From: an uncultured Microthrixaceae bacterium
GTDB lineage: Bacteria > Actinomycetota > Acidimicrobiia > Acidimicrobiales > Microtrichaceae
Length of the DNA: 64,000 nt
Direction of reading: 5' to 3'
Assembly: GCA_965651815.1 (NCBI GenBank)
Contig: CBFGTJ010000001.1
Span: 14,036-78,035 of the forward strand
Positions 23,438-32,501 of the stretch are shown here, piece after piece. The first letter of the stretch is position 1. Each line of letters starts with the position of its first letter. A program made the position numbers and the translations under genes. The notes under the pieces were generated by a model that saw only the letters and a list, made by a program, of their open reading frames with translations, was not told the DNA's origin and made no database searches.

Positions 23438-25546
23438 TCAGCGGGCGAGGTCCAGCGCCGCGATGCGGTCGGCGAGCCGCTCGGCGACGTAGCGGCCGCC
23501 GGGCGCGGCGTCGTAGTGGGCGCCGTCCCCGGGCCGCAACCGGATGCCGTCCACGACGGTCGGGCACGGCGAGGTGGGGCACACGATCGGCCGCAGGTCC
23601 AACAGCTTCGGGCGGACGGGGCTGCGCCCCGCCAGGCCGGTGAGGTAGCTCGCGAGCCGGGCGAGGCGGACGTTGGTCTCCGGGTCCGCGGTGCGGGACT
23701 CGCCGTCCACGTTCGGCGGCAGCAGCACGAGCGCGACGCGGGTCCCGCCGCCGGCGACGCGGCCGAAGGTCTCGCCGTAGAGCCGGTCGAGCACGCGGTC
23801 CGCCTCGGCGGTGCCGAAGCGGTACCAGCGGCCGTCGACGATGCGGTCACCCGCCTCCCAGCTGGAGAGCAGGACCACGAGGTCGGGCCGGGCCTTGCGC
23901 ACCGCGTCGGACTGGATCCTCGGGATCGCACCGTGGCAGGCGCGGGTGAACTCGATCGGACGGCCCTGCGGGTCGGCGGGATCGCCCGTCACCACGCCGC
24001 AGCCGGGTGAGGTCGCCGCGGCGAACGTGATGCCCCGGGCGGTCAGCGCGTCGCCGAGGTAGGGCTCGAGGCTCGCGGCGACGCTGTCGCCCAGCAGCAG
24101 CACGCGGGTCGGGTGCCGCGGCGGCGGGACGGTCGTGGGCGGCGCCGTCGGGGGCGGCGCGGTCGGGGGCGGCGCCGCGGTGGTCGGCGACGGCGCGGCC
24201 GTGGAGGGCGGCGCGGTGCTCGGCGGTGCGGCGCCCGTGGTGGTCGTCGTGGCGGTCGTCGTCGTGGTCGTGCTCGCCTCGCGGACCACCACGTCGTCGT
24301 CGGGCGCGCGGGCCTGCAGGAAGTCGGGGGGCGGCTCCAGCCCCGAGGTCGCGGCGAGGTTGCCGGAGACGATGGCGACGACCGCGAGCGGCAGTGCGAG
24401 CGCTGCGGCGCGGGTGCCCAGCAACCGCCCGGTGCGGATCGGCTGCTCGAGCAGGCGGTAGCTGAGCGCCGCCGCGGCGAGGGTGACCGCGCCCCGCAGG
24501 CCCAGGAGCGCGACGCCGTCGAGGCCCGTGCGGGTCGGGGTGAGCCACAGGTAGACGGGCCAGTGGATCAGGTACACCCCGTAGCTGATCCGGCCGAGCG
24601 CGACGAGGGGGCGGGTGCCGAGCAGCGCGGCGGCGGGTCCCCCCTGGGCGCTGCCGAGCACGACCGCCGCGGTGCAGGCGGCGGTGACGAGCAGCCCCCA
24701 CGGGTAGAGCCACCGGCTCGTCAGGTCGCCGACCACGAACAGGACCCCCAGCGCCGCGAGGCCCACGACCGCGGCGGCCCGGACCGCCGTGCGCGCGGCG
24801 CCGGCGGGCAGGCGGAGGCGCCGGAGCGTCGCGCACGCGAGGAGCGCGCCGACGAGCAGCTCGGCCGCGCGGCTGTCGGTCCCGAAGTACGCGCGGTCCA
24901 CCGAGGTCTGCGACAGCCACCCGTTCACCACCGACGACGCCACGGCGAGCACCCCCAGCGCGACCGCTGCGCGGCCGAGACGGATGCGGGGCGGGAGGCG
25001 GCGTCCCAGCACGAGGAGGGCCGTGAGCAGCAGCGGGAGGGCGAGGTAGAACTGCTCCTCGATCGCCAGGCTCCAGTAGTGCTCGACGGGGGAGGAGCCC
25101 GCGTACTCGTTCCCGTAGCTCGTGCCGGACGCGATGAAGTGCCAGTTGACGAGCTCGGCCACCGACCACGGGACGTCGCCGCGCAGGGAGCGCAGCTGCT
25201 CGGTGTCCCACACCCCGACCGCGCCCATCGCGACGACCAGCGCGAGCGTGGCGAGCGACGCGGGGAGCAGCCGCCGGAACCGCCGCGCCCAGAAGGCGCG
25301 CAGGTCGATGCGGTCGTGCGCCGCCCACTCGCGCAGCAGCAGCGAGGTGATGAGGAACCCCGACAGCGTGAAGAAGACCGACACGCCGAGGAAGCCGCCC
25401 GCCATCCAGTCGTAGGCCGAGTGGTACAGCAGCACGCCCACCACCGCGACGGCGCGGATGCCGTCGAGCGGCTCGATGTGGCCGAGCGGCTCGGCGGCGA
25501 TGCGAGGCGCCGTCGGGGAGGGGGAGGTCGGGGCTGGTGCCGTCAT
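23438..25546 (-). CDS. acyltransferase-3 (OafA/YrhL-type) membrane O-acyltransferase fused to a C-terminal SGNH domain
   Basis: 702 aa. LDGIRAVAVVGVLLYH is the AT3 N-terminal motif. There are about 10 TM helices, a Thr/Pro/Ala linker and an SGNH block LLLGDSVA. Confidence 0.85.
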   Translation of the reverse strand: MTAPAPTSPSPTAPRIAAEPLGHIEPLDGIRAVAVVGVLLYHSAYDWMAGGFLGVSVFFTLSGFLITSLLLREWAAHDRIDLRAFWARRFRRLLPASLATLALVVAMGAVGVWDTEQLRSLRGDVPWSVAELVNWHFIASGTSYGNEYAGSSPVEHYWSLAIEEQFYLALPLLLTALLVLGRRLPPRIRLGRAAVALGVLAVASSVVNGWLSQTSVDRAYFGTDSRAAELLVGALLACATLRRLRLPAGAARTAVRAAAVVGLAALGVLFVVGDLTSRWLYPWGLLVTAACTAAVVLGSAQGGPAAALLGTRPLVALGRISYGVYLIHWPVYLWLTPTRTGLDGVALLGLRGAVTLAAAALSYRLLEQPIRTGRLLGTRAAALALPLAVVAIVSGNLAATSGLEPPPDFLQARAPDDDVVVREASTTTTTTATTTTTGAAPPSTAPPSTAAPSPTTAAPPPTAPPPTAPPTTVPPPRHPTRVLLLGDSVAASLEPYLGDALTARGITFAAATSPGCGVVTGDPADPQGRPIEFTRACHGAIPRIQSDAVRKARPDLVVLLSSWEAGDRIVDGRWYRFGTAEADRVLDRLYGETFGRVAGGGTRVALVLLPPNVDGESRTADPETNVRLARLASYLTGLAGRSPVRPKLLDLRPIVCPTSPCPTVVDGIRLRPGDGAHYDAAPGGRYVAERLADRIAALDLAR

Positions 25547-25651
25547 GCGGTGGACCCGGTCGTCGGGGACCCGTCACGGTACCGGCGGAGGTGCACGGAG
25601 ACGCCCCGCGACGCCCGGTCCGGAGCGCGCTGGACCCCCGACCTGCACCGG

Positions 25652-25657
25652 TACGCT
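25652..25657 (+). promoter_or_regulatory. -10-like hexamer TACGCT positioned for a leaderless treS start at GTG 25665
   Basis: It lies 7 nt upstream of the in-frame GTG 25665. ATG 25674 is 3 codons further downstream. Confidence 0.35.
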
Positions 25658-25664
25658 GGTACGT

Positions 25665-27347
25665 GTGTCGCAGATGCACTCCACCGGCTCCAACCTGCAG
25701 GTCGACCCGCAGTGGTACCGCTCCTCGGTGTTCTACGAGGTGCACGTCAGGGGCTTCTACGACGCCTCCGGTGACGGCAACGGCGACCTGCGCGGCCTGA
25801 CCGCGAAGCTCGACTACCTCGAGTGGCTGGGCATCGACTGCCTCTGGCTGCTGCCCTTCTACCAGTCACCGCTGCGCGACGGCGGCTACGACATCTCCGA
25901 CTTCTTCACGGTGCACCCCGACTTCGGCACCGTGGAGGACGCGGCGGAGCTGATCGAGCACGCGCACCGTCGCGGGATCCGGGTCATCGCCGACATGGTC
26001 GTGAACCACACCTCCGACCAGCACCCGTGGTTCCAGGAATCCCGCCAGGACACGACGAACCCGAAGGCGGACTGGTACGTGTGGGGCGACGACGACCAGC
26101 GCTGGTCCGACGCCCGGGTGATCTTCATCGACTCCGAGCCGTCGAACTGGACCTGGGACCCGCAGCGCCAGCAGTACTACTGGCACCGCTTCTTCCACCA
26201 CCAGCCCGACCTCAACTACGACAACGAAGAGGTCCAGCAGGCGATGCTGGACGTGATGTTCTACTGGCTCGGGCTGGGCCTCGACGGGTTCCGCCTCGAC
26301 GCCGTGCCGTACCTGTTCGAGCGTGACGGCACCAACGGCGAGAACCTGCCCGAGACGCACGAGTTCCTGCGCCGGATCCGCAAGGAGGTGGACGCGCGCT
26401 TCCCCGGGAAGGTCCTGTTGGCGGAGGCCAACCAGTGGCCCGAGGACGTCGTGGAGTACTTCGGGCAGGGTGACGAGTGCCACATGTGCTTCCACTTCCC
26501 GATCATGCCGCGCATGTTCATGGCCCTCCGCAGGGAGGAGCGGACGCCGATGGTCGAGATCCTCGAGCGCACGCCCGACATCCCCGAGGGCTGCCAGTGG
26601 GGCCTGTTCCTTCGGAACCACGACGAGCTGACCCTCGAGATGGTGACCGACGAGGAGCGGGACTACATGTGGGCCGAGTACGCCCAGGACCCGCGGATGC
26701 GGCGCAACCTCGGCATCAGCCGGCGCCTGTTCCCGCTGCTCGACAACGACCGGCGCCAGGCCGAGCTGCTGCACGCGCTGCTGCTCAGCCTGCCCGGCAC
26801 CCCGATCCTGTACTACGGCGACGAGATCGGGATGGGCGACAACATCTACCTGGGCGACCGCGACGCGGTGCGCACCCCGATGCAGTGGACGATGGACCGC
26901 AACGGCGGCTTCTCCATGGCCGATTTCGCGCAGCTGTACCTGCCGCCGTCGATGGACCCGGTGTACGGCTACCACGCCGTCAACGTCGAGGCCGAGCGCC
27001 GCGACGGCAGCTCCTTCCTCAACTGGCTGCGCCGCATGCTGCACGTGCGCCGCAGCCACCCGCTGTTCGGGCTCGGCGGCTTCGAGATCCTCGAGGTGTC
27101 GACCCCGTCGGTGTTCGCCTACCTGCGCCTGCCGGACCCGGAGGACTCGGGCAACCCCATCCTCTGCGTGAACAACTTCTCGGGCGCGGCGCAGCCCGCG
27201 GAGCTGTACCTGTCGCACCTCGCGGGGCGGGTCCCGGTCGAGCTCCTGGGCCGCGTCGCGTTCCCCCCGATCGGCGAGCTGCCGTACTTCGTGACGCTGC
27301 CGCCGTACGAGTTCCTGTGGTTCGAGCTCACCGAGCCGGCGGGGTAG
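25665..27347 (+). CDS. treS: trehalose synthase (maltose alpha-D-glucosyltransferase)
   Basis: About 560 aa. GH13 motifs present are DPQWYRSSVFYEV, LPFYQSPLRDGGYDISDF and GFRLDAVPYL. The start is GTG 25665 or ATG 25674. The stop is TAG 27345-27347. Confidence 0.92.
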   Translation: MSQMHSTGSNLQVDPQWYRSSVFYEVHVRGFYDASGDGNGDLRGLTAKLDYLEWLGIDCLWLLPFYQSPLRDGGYDISDFFTVHPDFGTVEDAAELIEHAHRRGIRVIADMVVNHTSDQHPWFQESRQDTTNPKADWYVWGDDDQRWSDARVIFIDSEPSNWTWDPQRQQYYWHRFFHHQPDLNYDNEEVQQAMLDVMFYWLGLGLDGFRLDAVPYLFERDGTNGENLPETHEFLRRIRKEVDARFPGKVLLAEANQWPEDVVEYFGQGDECHMCFHFPIMPRMFMALRREERTPMVEILERTPDIPEGCQWGLFLRNHDELTLEMVTDEERDYMWAEYAQDPRMRRNLGISRRLFPLLDNDRRQAELLHALLLSLPGTPILYYGDEIGMGDNIYLGDRDAVRTPMQWTMDRNGGFSMADFAQLYLPPSMDPVYGYHAVNVEAERRDGSSFLNWLRRMLHVRRSHPLFGLGGFEILEVSTPSVFAYLRLPDPEDSGNPILCVNNFSGAAQPAELYLSHLAGRVPVELLGRVAFPPIGELPYFVTLPPYEFLWFELTEPAG

Positions 27348-27357
27348 AAACACAGGC

Positions 27358-28710
27358 ATCGACGCCGCCGACTTCTCCCGAGAGCTCGCCCGACTCCTCC
27401 CGACGTTCCTCGCGGGGCAACGCTGGTACGCCGGCGTCGAGCGCCCGTCCCTGCAGATCCGGCGGATCGACACCCTCGTCGACGGGTGGCCCACGCTGCT
27501 GTGGCTGCTGGTCGAGGTGCGCGGACACGAGGGCAAGGGGGCACCGAGCTGGTACCAGGTGCCGCTCGGGGCGACGCCGGAGCGGCCCGGCCACCTGCCG
27601 GACGCCGCGCTGCTGGGCCGCATCGACACGCCGCGGGGCGCCGCCCACCTGTTCGACGCGCTCGCGGACGACCACCTCGCCCTGGAGTTCGCCCACCACG
27701 TCGCACCCGACCTGCACCTCAACTCGGTGCGCCCCCTGCCGGGCGAGCAGTCCAACACCTCGCTGGTGCTCGACGAGCGCTACATCCTGAAGGTGTTCCG
27801 GCGGGTCCAGCCCGGGCCGAACCCGGACGTCGAGGTGACCGAGGCGCTCGGCAAGGTCGGCTTCGGCGGCGTGCCGGTGCCCGTCGCGGTGTGGCGGCGC
27901 AACAACACGGACCTCGCGGTCGTGCGCCGCTTCGAGCGGAGCCGCGGCGACGGCTTCGAGCTCGCGACGACCTCGCTGCGCGAGATGTTCAACCTCCGGC
28001 GGCCGCCCCGCGACTGCAAGCTGGACTTCGCCGCCGACGCGAGGTTGCTGGGCTCCGATGTGGCTCGCCTGCACGTCGCGCTCGCCGAGGCCTTCGGCGC
28101 CGAGCCCGCGGACGGTGACGCCTGGGCGAGCGACATGGTCGCCCAGCTCAAGCGGGTCGCGTCCGGGCGGCTCGACACCGACCGCATCACCTCGATCTAC
28201 GAGCGGCTCCGCGGCGCGGTCGACCTCGGGTCCGCGATCCGCATCCACGGCGACCTCCACCTGGCGCAGGTGCTGCGCCTGCAGCGCCACTGGATGGTGC
28301 TCGACTTCGAGGGCGAGCCCGCCCGGCCGGTCGAGGAGCGCCGCCGTCCGTCGTCGCCGCTGCGCGACGTCGCGGGGATGACCCGGTCGTTCCAGTACGC
28401 CGCGGCGATGGCGCTGCGCGGCCTCGACGAACCGGACCGCGAGCTGCGGGTGCTCGCGGACGCCTGGACGGTGCGCAACGTCAACTCGTTCCTCGCCGGC
28501 TACGCCGAGGTCGACGCCGCGCACCGCCTGCTGCCACAGGCGCGCGCCAGCCGCGACGCGCTGCTCAGCGTGTTCGAGCTCGACAAGGCCGTCTACGAGG
28601 TGGCCTACGAGCTCGCGCACCGCCCCGAGATGGTCGACCTGCCGATCCAGGCGGTCGAGCGACTGCTCGCCGGCGAGGACGGGTCGCCGGCGGAGGGACC
28701 GGGGGGCTGA
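27358..28710 (+). CDS. mak: maltokinase (maltose 1-phosphate-forming); start codon unresolved
   Basis: HGDLHLAQVL is the catalytic loop. The conserved Mak N-terminus (LLPTFLAGQRWYAG, 27418-27435) lies upstream of the first canonical start, GTG 27517. The frame opens at 27295. ATC 27358 is the only near-cognate candidate close to the expected N-terminus. Confidence 0.8.
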   Translation: MDAADFSRELARLLPTFLAGQRWYAGVERPSLQIRRIDTLVDGWPTLLWLLVEVRGHEGKGAPSWYQVPLGATPERPGHLPDAALLGRIDTPRGAAHLFDALADDHLALEFAHHVAPDLHLNSVRPLPGEQSNTSLVLDERYILKVFRRVQPGPNPDVEVTEALGKVGFGGVPVPVAVWRRNNTDLAVVRRFERSRGDGFELATTSLREMFNLRRPPRDCKLDFAADARLLGSDVARLHVALAEAFGAEPADGDAWASDMVAQLKRVASGRLDTDRITSIYERLRGAVDLGSAIRIHGDLHLAQVLRLQRHWMVLDFEGEPARPVEERRRPSSPLRDVAGMTRSFQYAAAMALRGLDEPDRELRVLADAWTVRNVNSFLAGYAEVDAAHRLLPQARASRDALLSVFELDKAVYEVAYELAHRPEMVDLPIQAVERLLAGEDGSPAEGPGG

Positions 28711-30651
28711 GTGGCCGACGCCTCGACCGCGGCTGCCCGACGGCCCGGGGAGCTCGACCGCCACCTCTTCAACGAGGGCCGGCACCGGCGCCTCTGGGAG
28801 CTGCTCGGCGGGCACCCGTGCGACGACGGGGACGGCGCCACCTTCGCGGTGTGGGCGCCGAACGCCCGGCGCGTCCGCGTGCTGGGCGACTGGTCGTCGT
28901 GGGGGACCGACACGTCCGCCGCGACCGAGCTGGAACCGCAGGGGACCAGCGGCATCTGGTGGGGCCACGAGCCCCGCGCCCGTGAGGGCCACCGCTACAA
29001 GTACGAGGTCCACGGCGCCGACGGCCGGGTGACGCTGCGCGCCGACCCGTTCGGCGCCGCGGCCGAGGTGCCACCGGCGACCGCGTCGGTGCTGCACCGC
29101 TCACGTCACGAGTGGGCCGAGCCCGGTGACGGGTGGCGTGCGCGGCGGGCGCAGCGGAACTCCGAGCGGCTCTCGATCTACGAGGTGCACCTGGGGTCCT
29201 GGCGACGCCACCCCGACGGGACCCCGCACTCGCTGTCCGAGCTCGCCGAGCCCCTCGCCGAGTGGGCGACCGGGCACGGCTTCACCCACCTGGAGCTCAT
29301 GCCGGTCGCCACGCACCCGTTCGGCGGCTCGTGGGGCTACCAGGTCACGGGCTACTACGCCCCCGACGCGAGGCTCGGGAGCCCCGACGACCTGCGCCGC
29401 TTCGTGGAGGTGTGCCACGAGCACGGCCTCGGGGTGATCCTCGACTGGGTGCCGGCCCACTTCCCCCGCGACGAGTTCGCGCTGGCCCGCTTCGACGGCA
29501 CCGCCCTCTACGAGCACGAGGACCCGCGCCGGGGCGCCCACCCCGACTGGGGCACCCTCGTGTTCAACCACGGGCGAGCCGAGGTCAGGAACTTCCTCGT
29601 CGCCAACGCGCTCTACTGGCTCGAGGAGTTCCGCGTGGACGGGCTGCGGGTCGACGCCGTGGCGTCGATGCTCTACCTGGACTACTCCCGCAACCCCGGG
29701 GAGTGGGTGCCCAACGTGCACGGCGGCCGCGAGGACCTCGACGCGATCGGGTTCCTCCACGAGCTCAACACGGTGGTCCCCGAGGAGCACCCGGGCGCGC
29801 TGGTGATCGCCGAGGAGTCCACCGCCTGGCCGGGGGTCACGACCCCCGTCGCGGACGGCGGGCTCGGGTTCACCCACAAGTGGAACCTCGGCTGGATGCA
29901 CGACACCCTCACCTACCTGCAGCACGACCCGCTGCACCGCTCGTACCACCACGGCGAGATGACCTTCCCGATGGTGTACGCGGGGCACGAGCGATGGGTG
30001 CTGCCGCTCAGCCACGACGAGGTGGTGCACGGCAAGGGCTCCCTGCTCGGCAAGCAGCCCGGCGACGACTGGCAGCGCTTCGCGAACCTGCGGTGCCTGC
30101 TCGCCTGGCAGTGGTGCCACCCGGGACGCCAGCTGCTGTTCATGGGAGCGGAGCTCGCCCAGGAGCGCGAGTGGTCCCACGACCGGGAGCTGGACTGGCA
30201 CCTGCTCGAGGACCCGCGCCACGACGGCGTGCGGCGCCTCGTGGCGGACCTCAACCGCACCCAGGTGGAGCACCCGGCGCTGTGGCGAGGCGACGACGAG
30301 GTGGACTCGACCTTCGCGTGGCTCGACCCGAACGACTACCAGCACTCGGTGTTCTCGTTCCGCAGGGACGTGCCCGGCGGGGGCCGGCCGGTGGTGGTCG
30401 TCGCGAACCTCACCCCGGTGCCCCGGCCCGGGCACCGGGTCGGGGTGCCCCGCGTGGACGTGGACTGGCGGGTGGTGCTCGACACCGACGACGTCGCCTA
30501 CGGGGGCTCTGGCCACCCGGTGCACCCGGCGGGCGGCGAGTCGTTCGAACCCGATCCCGACACCCCGTGGCAGGGCCAGCCCGGTTCGCTGCTGATCACC
30601 CTGCCGCCCCTCGCGGTCCTCGTGCTGGCACCCGACGACCCGACGTCCTGA
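28711..30651 (+). CDS. glgB: 1,4-alpha-glucan branching enzyme
   Basis: 646 aa. GTG 28711 immediately follows the mak stop codon (TGA 28708-28710). It has CBM48 and GH13 motifs (FAVWAPNARRVRVLGDW, GLRVDAVASMLY, EESTAWPGVT). Confidence 0.92.
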   Translation: MADASTAAARRPGELDRHLFNEGRHRRLWELLGGHPCDDGDGATFAVWAPNARRVRVLGDWSSWGTDTSAATELEPQGTSGIWWGHEPRAREGHRYKYEVHGADGRVTLRADPFGAAAEVPPATASVLHRSRHEWAEPGDGWRARRAQRNSERLSIYEVHLGSWRRHPDGTPHSLSELAEPLAEWATGHGFTHLELMPVATHPFGGSWGYQVTGYYAPDARLGSPDDLRRFVEVCHEHGLGVILDWVPAHFPRDEFALARFDGTALYEHEDPRRGAHPDWGTLVFNHGRAEVRNFLVANALYWLEEFRVDGLRVDAVASMLYLDYSRNPGEWVPNVHGGREDLDAIGFLHELNTVVPEEHPGALVIAEESTAWPGVTTPVADGGLGFTHKWNLGWMHDTLTYLQHDPLHRSYHHGEMTFPMVYAGHERWVLPLSHDEVVHGKGSLLGKQPGDDWQRFANLRCLLAWQWCHPGRQLLFMGAELAQEREWSHDRELDWHLLEDPRHDGVRRLVADLNRTQVEHPALWRGDDEVDSTFAWLDPNDYQHSVFSFRRDVPGGGRPVVVVANLTPVPRPGHRVGVPRVDVDWRVVLDTDDVAYGGSGHPVHPAGGESFEPDPDTPWQGQPGSLLITLPPLAVLVLAPDDPTS

Positions 30652-30704
30652 CCCGCTGCTCAGCCGCCGGGACCGCCCCGGAAGGCGGCCGGCGCGGGGT
30701 CGGT

Positions 30705-30710
30705 TACGTT
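30705..30710 (+). promoter_or_regulatory. -10-like hexamer TACGTT positioned for leaderless rhomboid gene
   Basis: It lies 6 nt upstream of GTG 30717. Confidence 0.35.
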
Positions 30711-30716
30711 CGGCGC

Positions 30717-31625
30717 GTGGACGTCGACCTCCGCTGCCATCGGCACCCCGACCGCGCCGCAGGCGTGCACTGCCAGCGCTGCGAGCGCCCGATCTGCCCG
30801 ACCTGCATGCGACAGGCCTCGGTCGGCTTCCACTGCCCCGACTGCGCGGGCAGGGGCGTGCCGGGCGGCCCCTACGGCGTGCGGCGGCCCTACGCGGGTC
30901 GGCAGCCCTACGCCGGTCGGCAGCGGCCGGCGCCCGCCGGGTACCGGCAGGTGGTCCGGGGCCACGAGGACGTCGTCGCCGGCAAGGCGCTCATCGGCAT
31001 CAACGTCGCCGCGTTCGTGCTCATGCTGCTCGGCAGCGGCGACCCGTACGGCGCGTCGGGCCGCGTGGCCGAGCTGGGGGTGCTGCACGGCTGGTACGTC
31101 GCGCAGGGGGAGTGGTGGCGGGTCATCACCGGTGCGTTCCTCCACGCGGGGCTGCTGCACCTCGGCATGAACATGCTCCTGCTGTGGCTGCTGTCCCAGG
31201 AGCTCGAGCCCGCGCTCGGCAAGGCCCGGTTCCTCGTGCTGTACGCCACGTCGCTGCTGGGCGGGTCGTTCGGCGTGCTCGTCGTGTCGCCCCTGTCGCC
31301 GACCGTCGGCGCGTCCGGCGCGGTGTTCGGCCTGATGGGGGCGCTCGTCGTGTTCCAGCTCCGCGCCCACCAGAACCCGTGGCGATCCGGGATCGGCGGG
31401 CTGGTGCTCATCAACCTGGTGCTGACCTTCGCCGTCCCCGGCATCTCGATCGGCGGGCACGTCGGGGGGCTGCTCGCCGGGGCCGCGGCCGGTGCGATCC
31501 TCCAGCCGCTGCGCTGGCCCCAGCACCTCGCCGGGGTCCGCACCGCGGCCGTCGTCGCGCTCGGCGCCCTGCTCGGGGTCGGGGCGGTCGCCCTCGCCCC
31601 GGAGCTCGTGGTCGCCGCCCTCTGA
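30717..31625 (+). CDS. rhomboid-family intramembrane serine protease with N-terminal zinc-ribbon
   Basis: 302 aa. The Cys/His-rich N-terminus is CHRHP..HCQRCERPICPTCM...HCPDC. Rhomboid motifs present are WWRVITGAFLHAGLLHLGMNM, GASGAVFG and GHVGG. Confidence 0.85.
   Translation: MDVDLRCHRHPDRAAGVHCQRCERPICPTCMRQASVGFHCPDCAGRGVPGGPYGVRRPYAGRQPYAGRQRPAPAGYRQVVRGHEDVVAGKALIGINVAAFVLMLLGSGDPYGASGRVAELGVLHGWYVAQGEWWRVITGAFLHAGLLHLGMNMLLLWLLSQELEPALGKARFLVLYATSLLGGSFGVLVVSPLSPTVGASGAVFGLMGALVVFQLRAHQNPWRSGIGGLVLINLVLTFAVPGISIGGHVGGLLAGAAAGAILQPLRWPQHLAGVRTAAVVALGALLGVGAVALAPELVVAAL
30870..30923 (+). repeat. three diverged tandem 18-bp units inside the rhomboid gene encoding PY(G/A)xR(R/Q)
   Basis: The units CCCTACGGCGTGCGGCGG, CCCTACGCGGGTCGGCAG and CCCTACGCCGGTCGGCAG run consecutively. 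Confidence 0.8.
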
Positions 31626-31646
31626 GCGCCGGCGCCCCTCGGGGTG

Positions 31647-32462
31647 TCAGGCCGGTGCGGGCAACGCGTCGGGCAGGCGGTCGACCGGCACGCCGGCCGC
31701 CTCGGCCGCGGCCGCGACGAGGGTCGCCGCGTACCGGGTCACCCCCGAGGAGTAGGCCGGGCACGCCTGCAGCATCACCGGCACCGTGCACAGGTGCCGG
31801 CCGTCGAGGTGGCGCACCCGGATCCCGTCGGCACCGCAGCCCTCGGGCTCCCCCTCGGCGGGGAGGCAGCCGAGGTGCATCGCCGCCACGCCGGTCGAGG
31901 GGTCGACGAAGAGGCGGTCCGCGCTCACGAAGGGGAGGCCCCGCTCGAGCGAGACCCGCGCGTACACCGCCGGCACCTCCTCGGCCGCGCTGCCGACGGC
32001 CGGGGGCGCGCCGACGAACGCAACGGGAACCCCCGCGCCCGACCACAGCGTGGCGGCCCACTCGGCGTCCTCCCCGTACGCGTCGGGGAAGGCACGCTCG
32101 TGGCCGTCCCCGTCCTCGAGGATGCACTGGGTGAGCCGGTTGCCGCTGAACGCGATCACCACCGCGTCGGGACGGAGCCGGCGCAGGTCGTCGCGCATGT
32201 CGCCGTGCCAGTCGCACTGCGCGGTGCCCGGGAACGCTCGCACCGTCACCGCCCAACCGGGCATCGCGCTGCGCACCCGGTCCTGCACCGCCGCCCGCGA
32301 CTCCGCGACGAGCGAGTCGCCGTACACGACCAGCTGTCGAGGGGGAGGGCTGGGCGCGGGCGGTGGCTCGACCACCGCGGAGGGCGGTGGCACGCAGGCG
32401 GTCAGCAGCGTTGCGGCGAGCGCGACGCCGACGAGGACGGCGCGCCGGGGGGTCGGACGCAC
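31647..32462 (-). CDS. SGNH/GDSL-type hydrolase lipoprotein
   Basis: 271 aa with lipobox LLTAC, the block-I motif VVYGDSL and a Pro-rich linker. Confidence 0.7.
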   Translation of the reverse strand: MRPTPRRAVLVGVALAATLLTACVPPPSAVVEPPPAPSPPPRQLVVYGDSLVAESRAAVQDRVRSAMPGWAVTVRAFPGTAQCDWHGDMRDDLRRLRPDAVVIAFSGNRLTQCILEDGDGHERAFPDAYGEDAEWAATLWSGAGVPVAFVGAPPAVGSAAEEVPAVYARVSLERGLPFVSADRLFVDPSTGVAAMHLGCLPAEGEPEGCGADGIRVRHLDGRHLCTVPVMLQACPAYSSGVTRYAATLVAAAAEAAGVPVDRLPDALPAPA

Positions 32463-32501
32463 GCAGGGGGATCGGCAGCGGGCGTGCCCCGATGAGGATT
32501 T

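Noticed and set aside
24110-24300. GC-rich imperfect tandem repeats (GTCGGGGGCGGCGC-like units).
   Set aside because: They encode the Thr/Pro/Ala-rich interdomain linker of the AT3-SGNH acyltransferase on the minus strand. This is low-complexity coding sequence, not a regulatory or mobile repeat.
27342-27348. Programmed +1 frameshift at GGG-TAG-A fusing TreS to Mak, considered as a firm call.
   Set aside because: It is kept only as one hypothesis within the junction finding. The slippery-site logic is weak: tRNA-Gly re-pairing on GGU is imperfect and the upstream GGCGGGG is a poor SD mimic. A sequencing error or non-canonical initiation is at least as likely.
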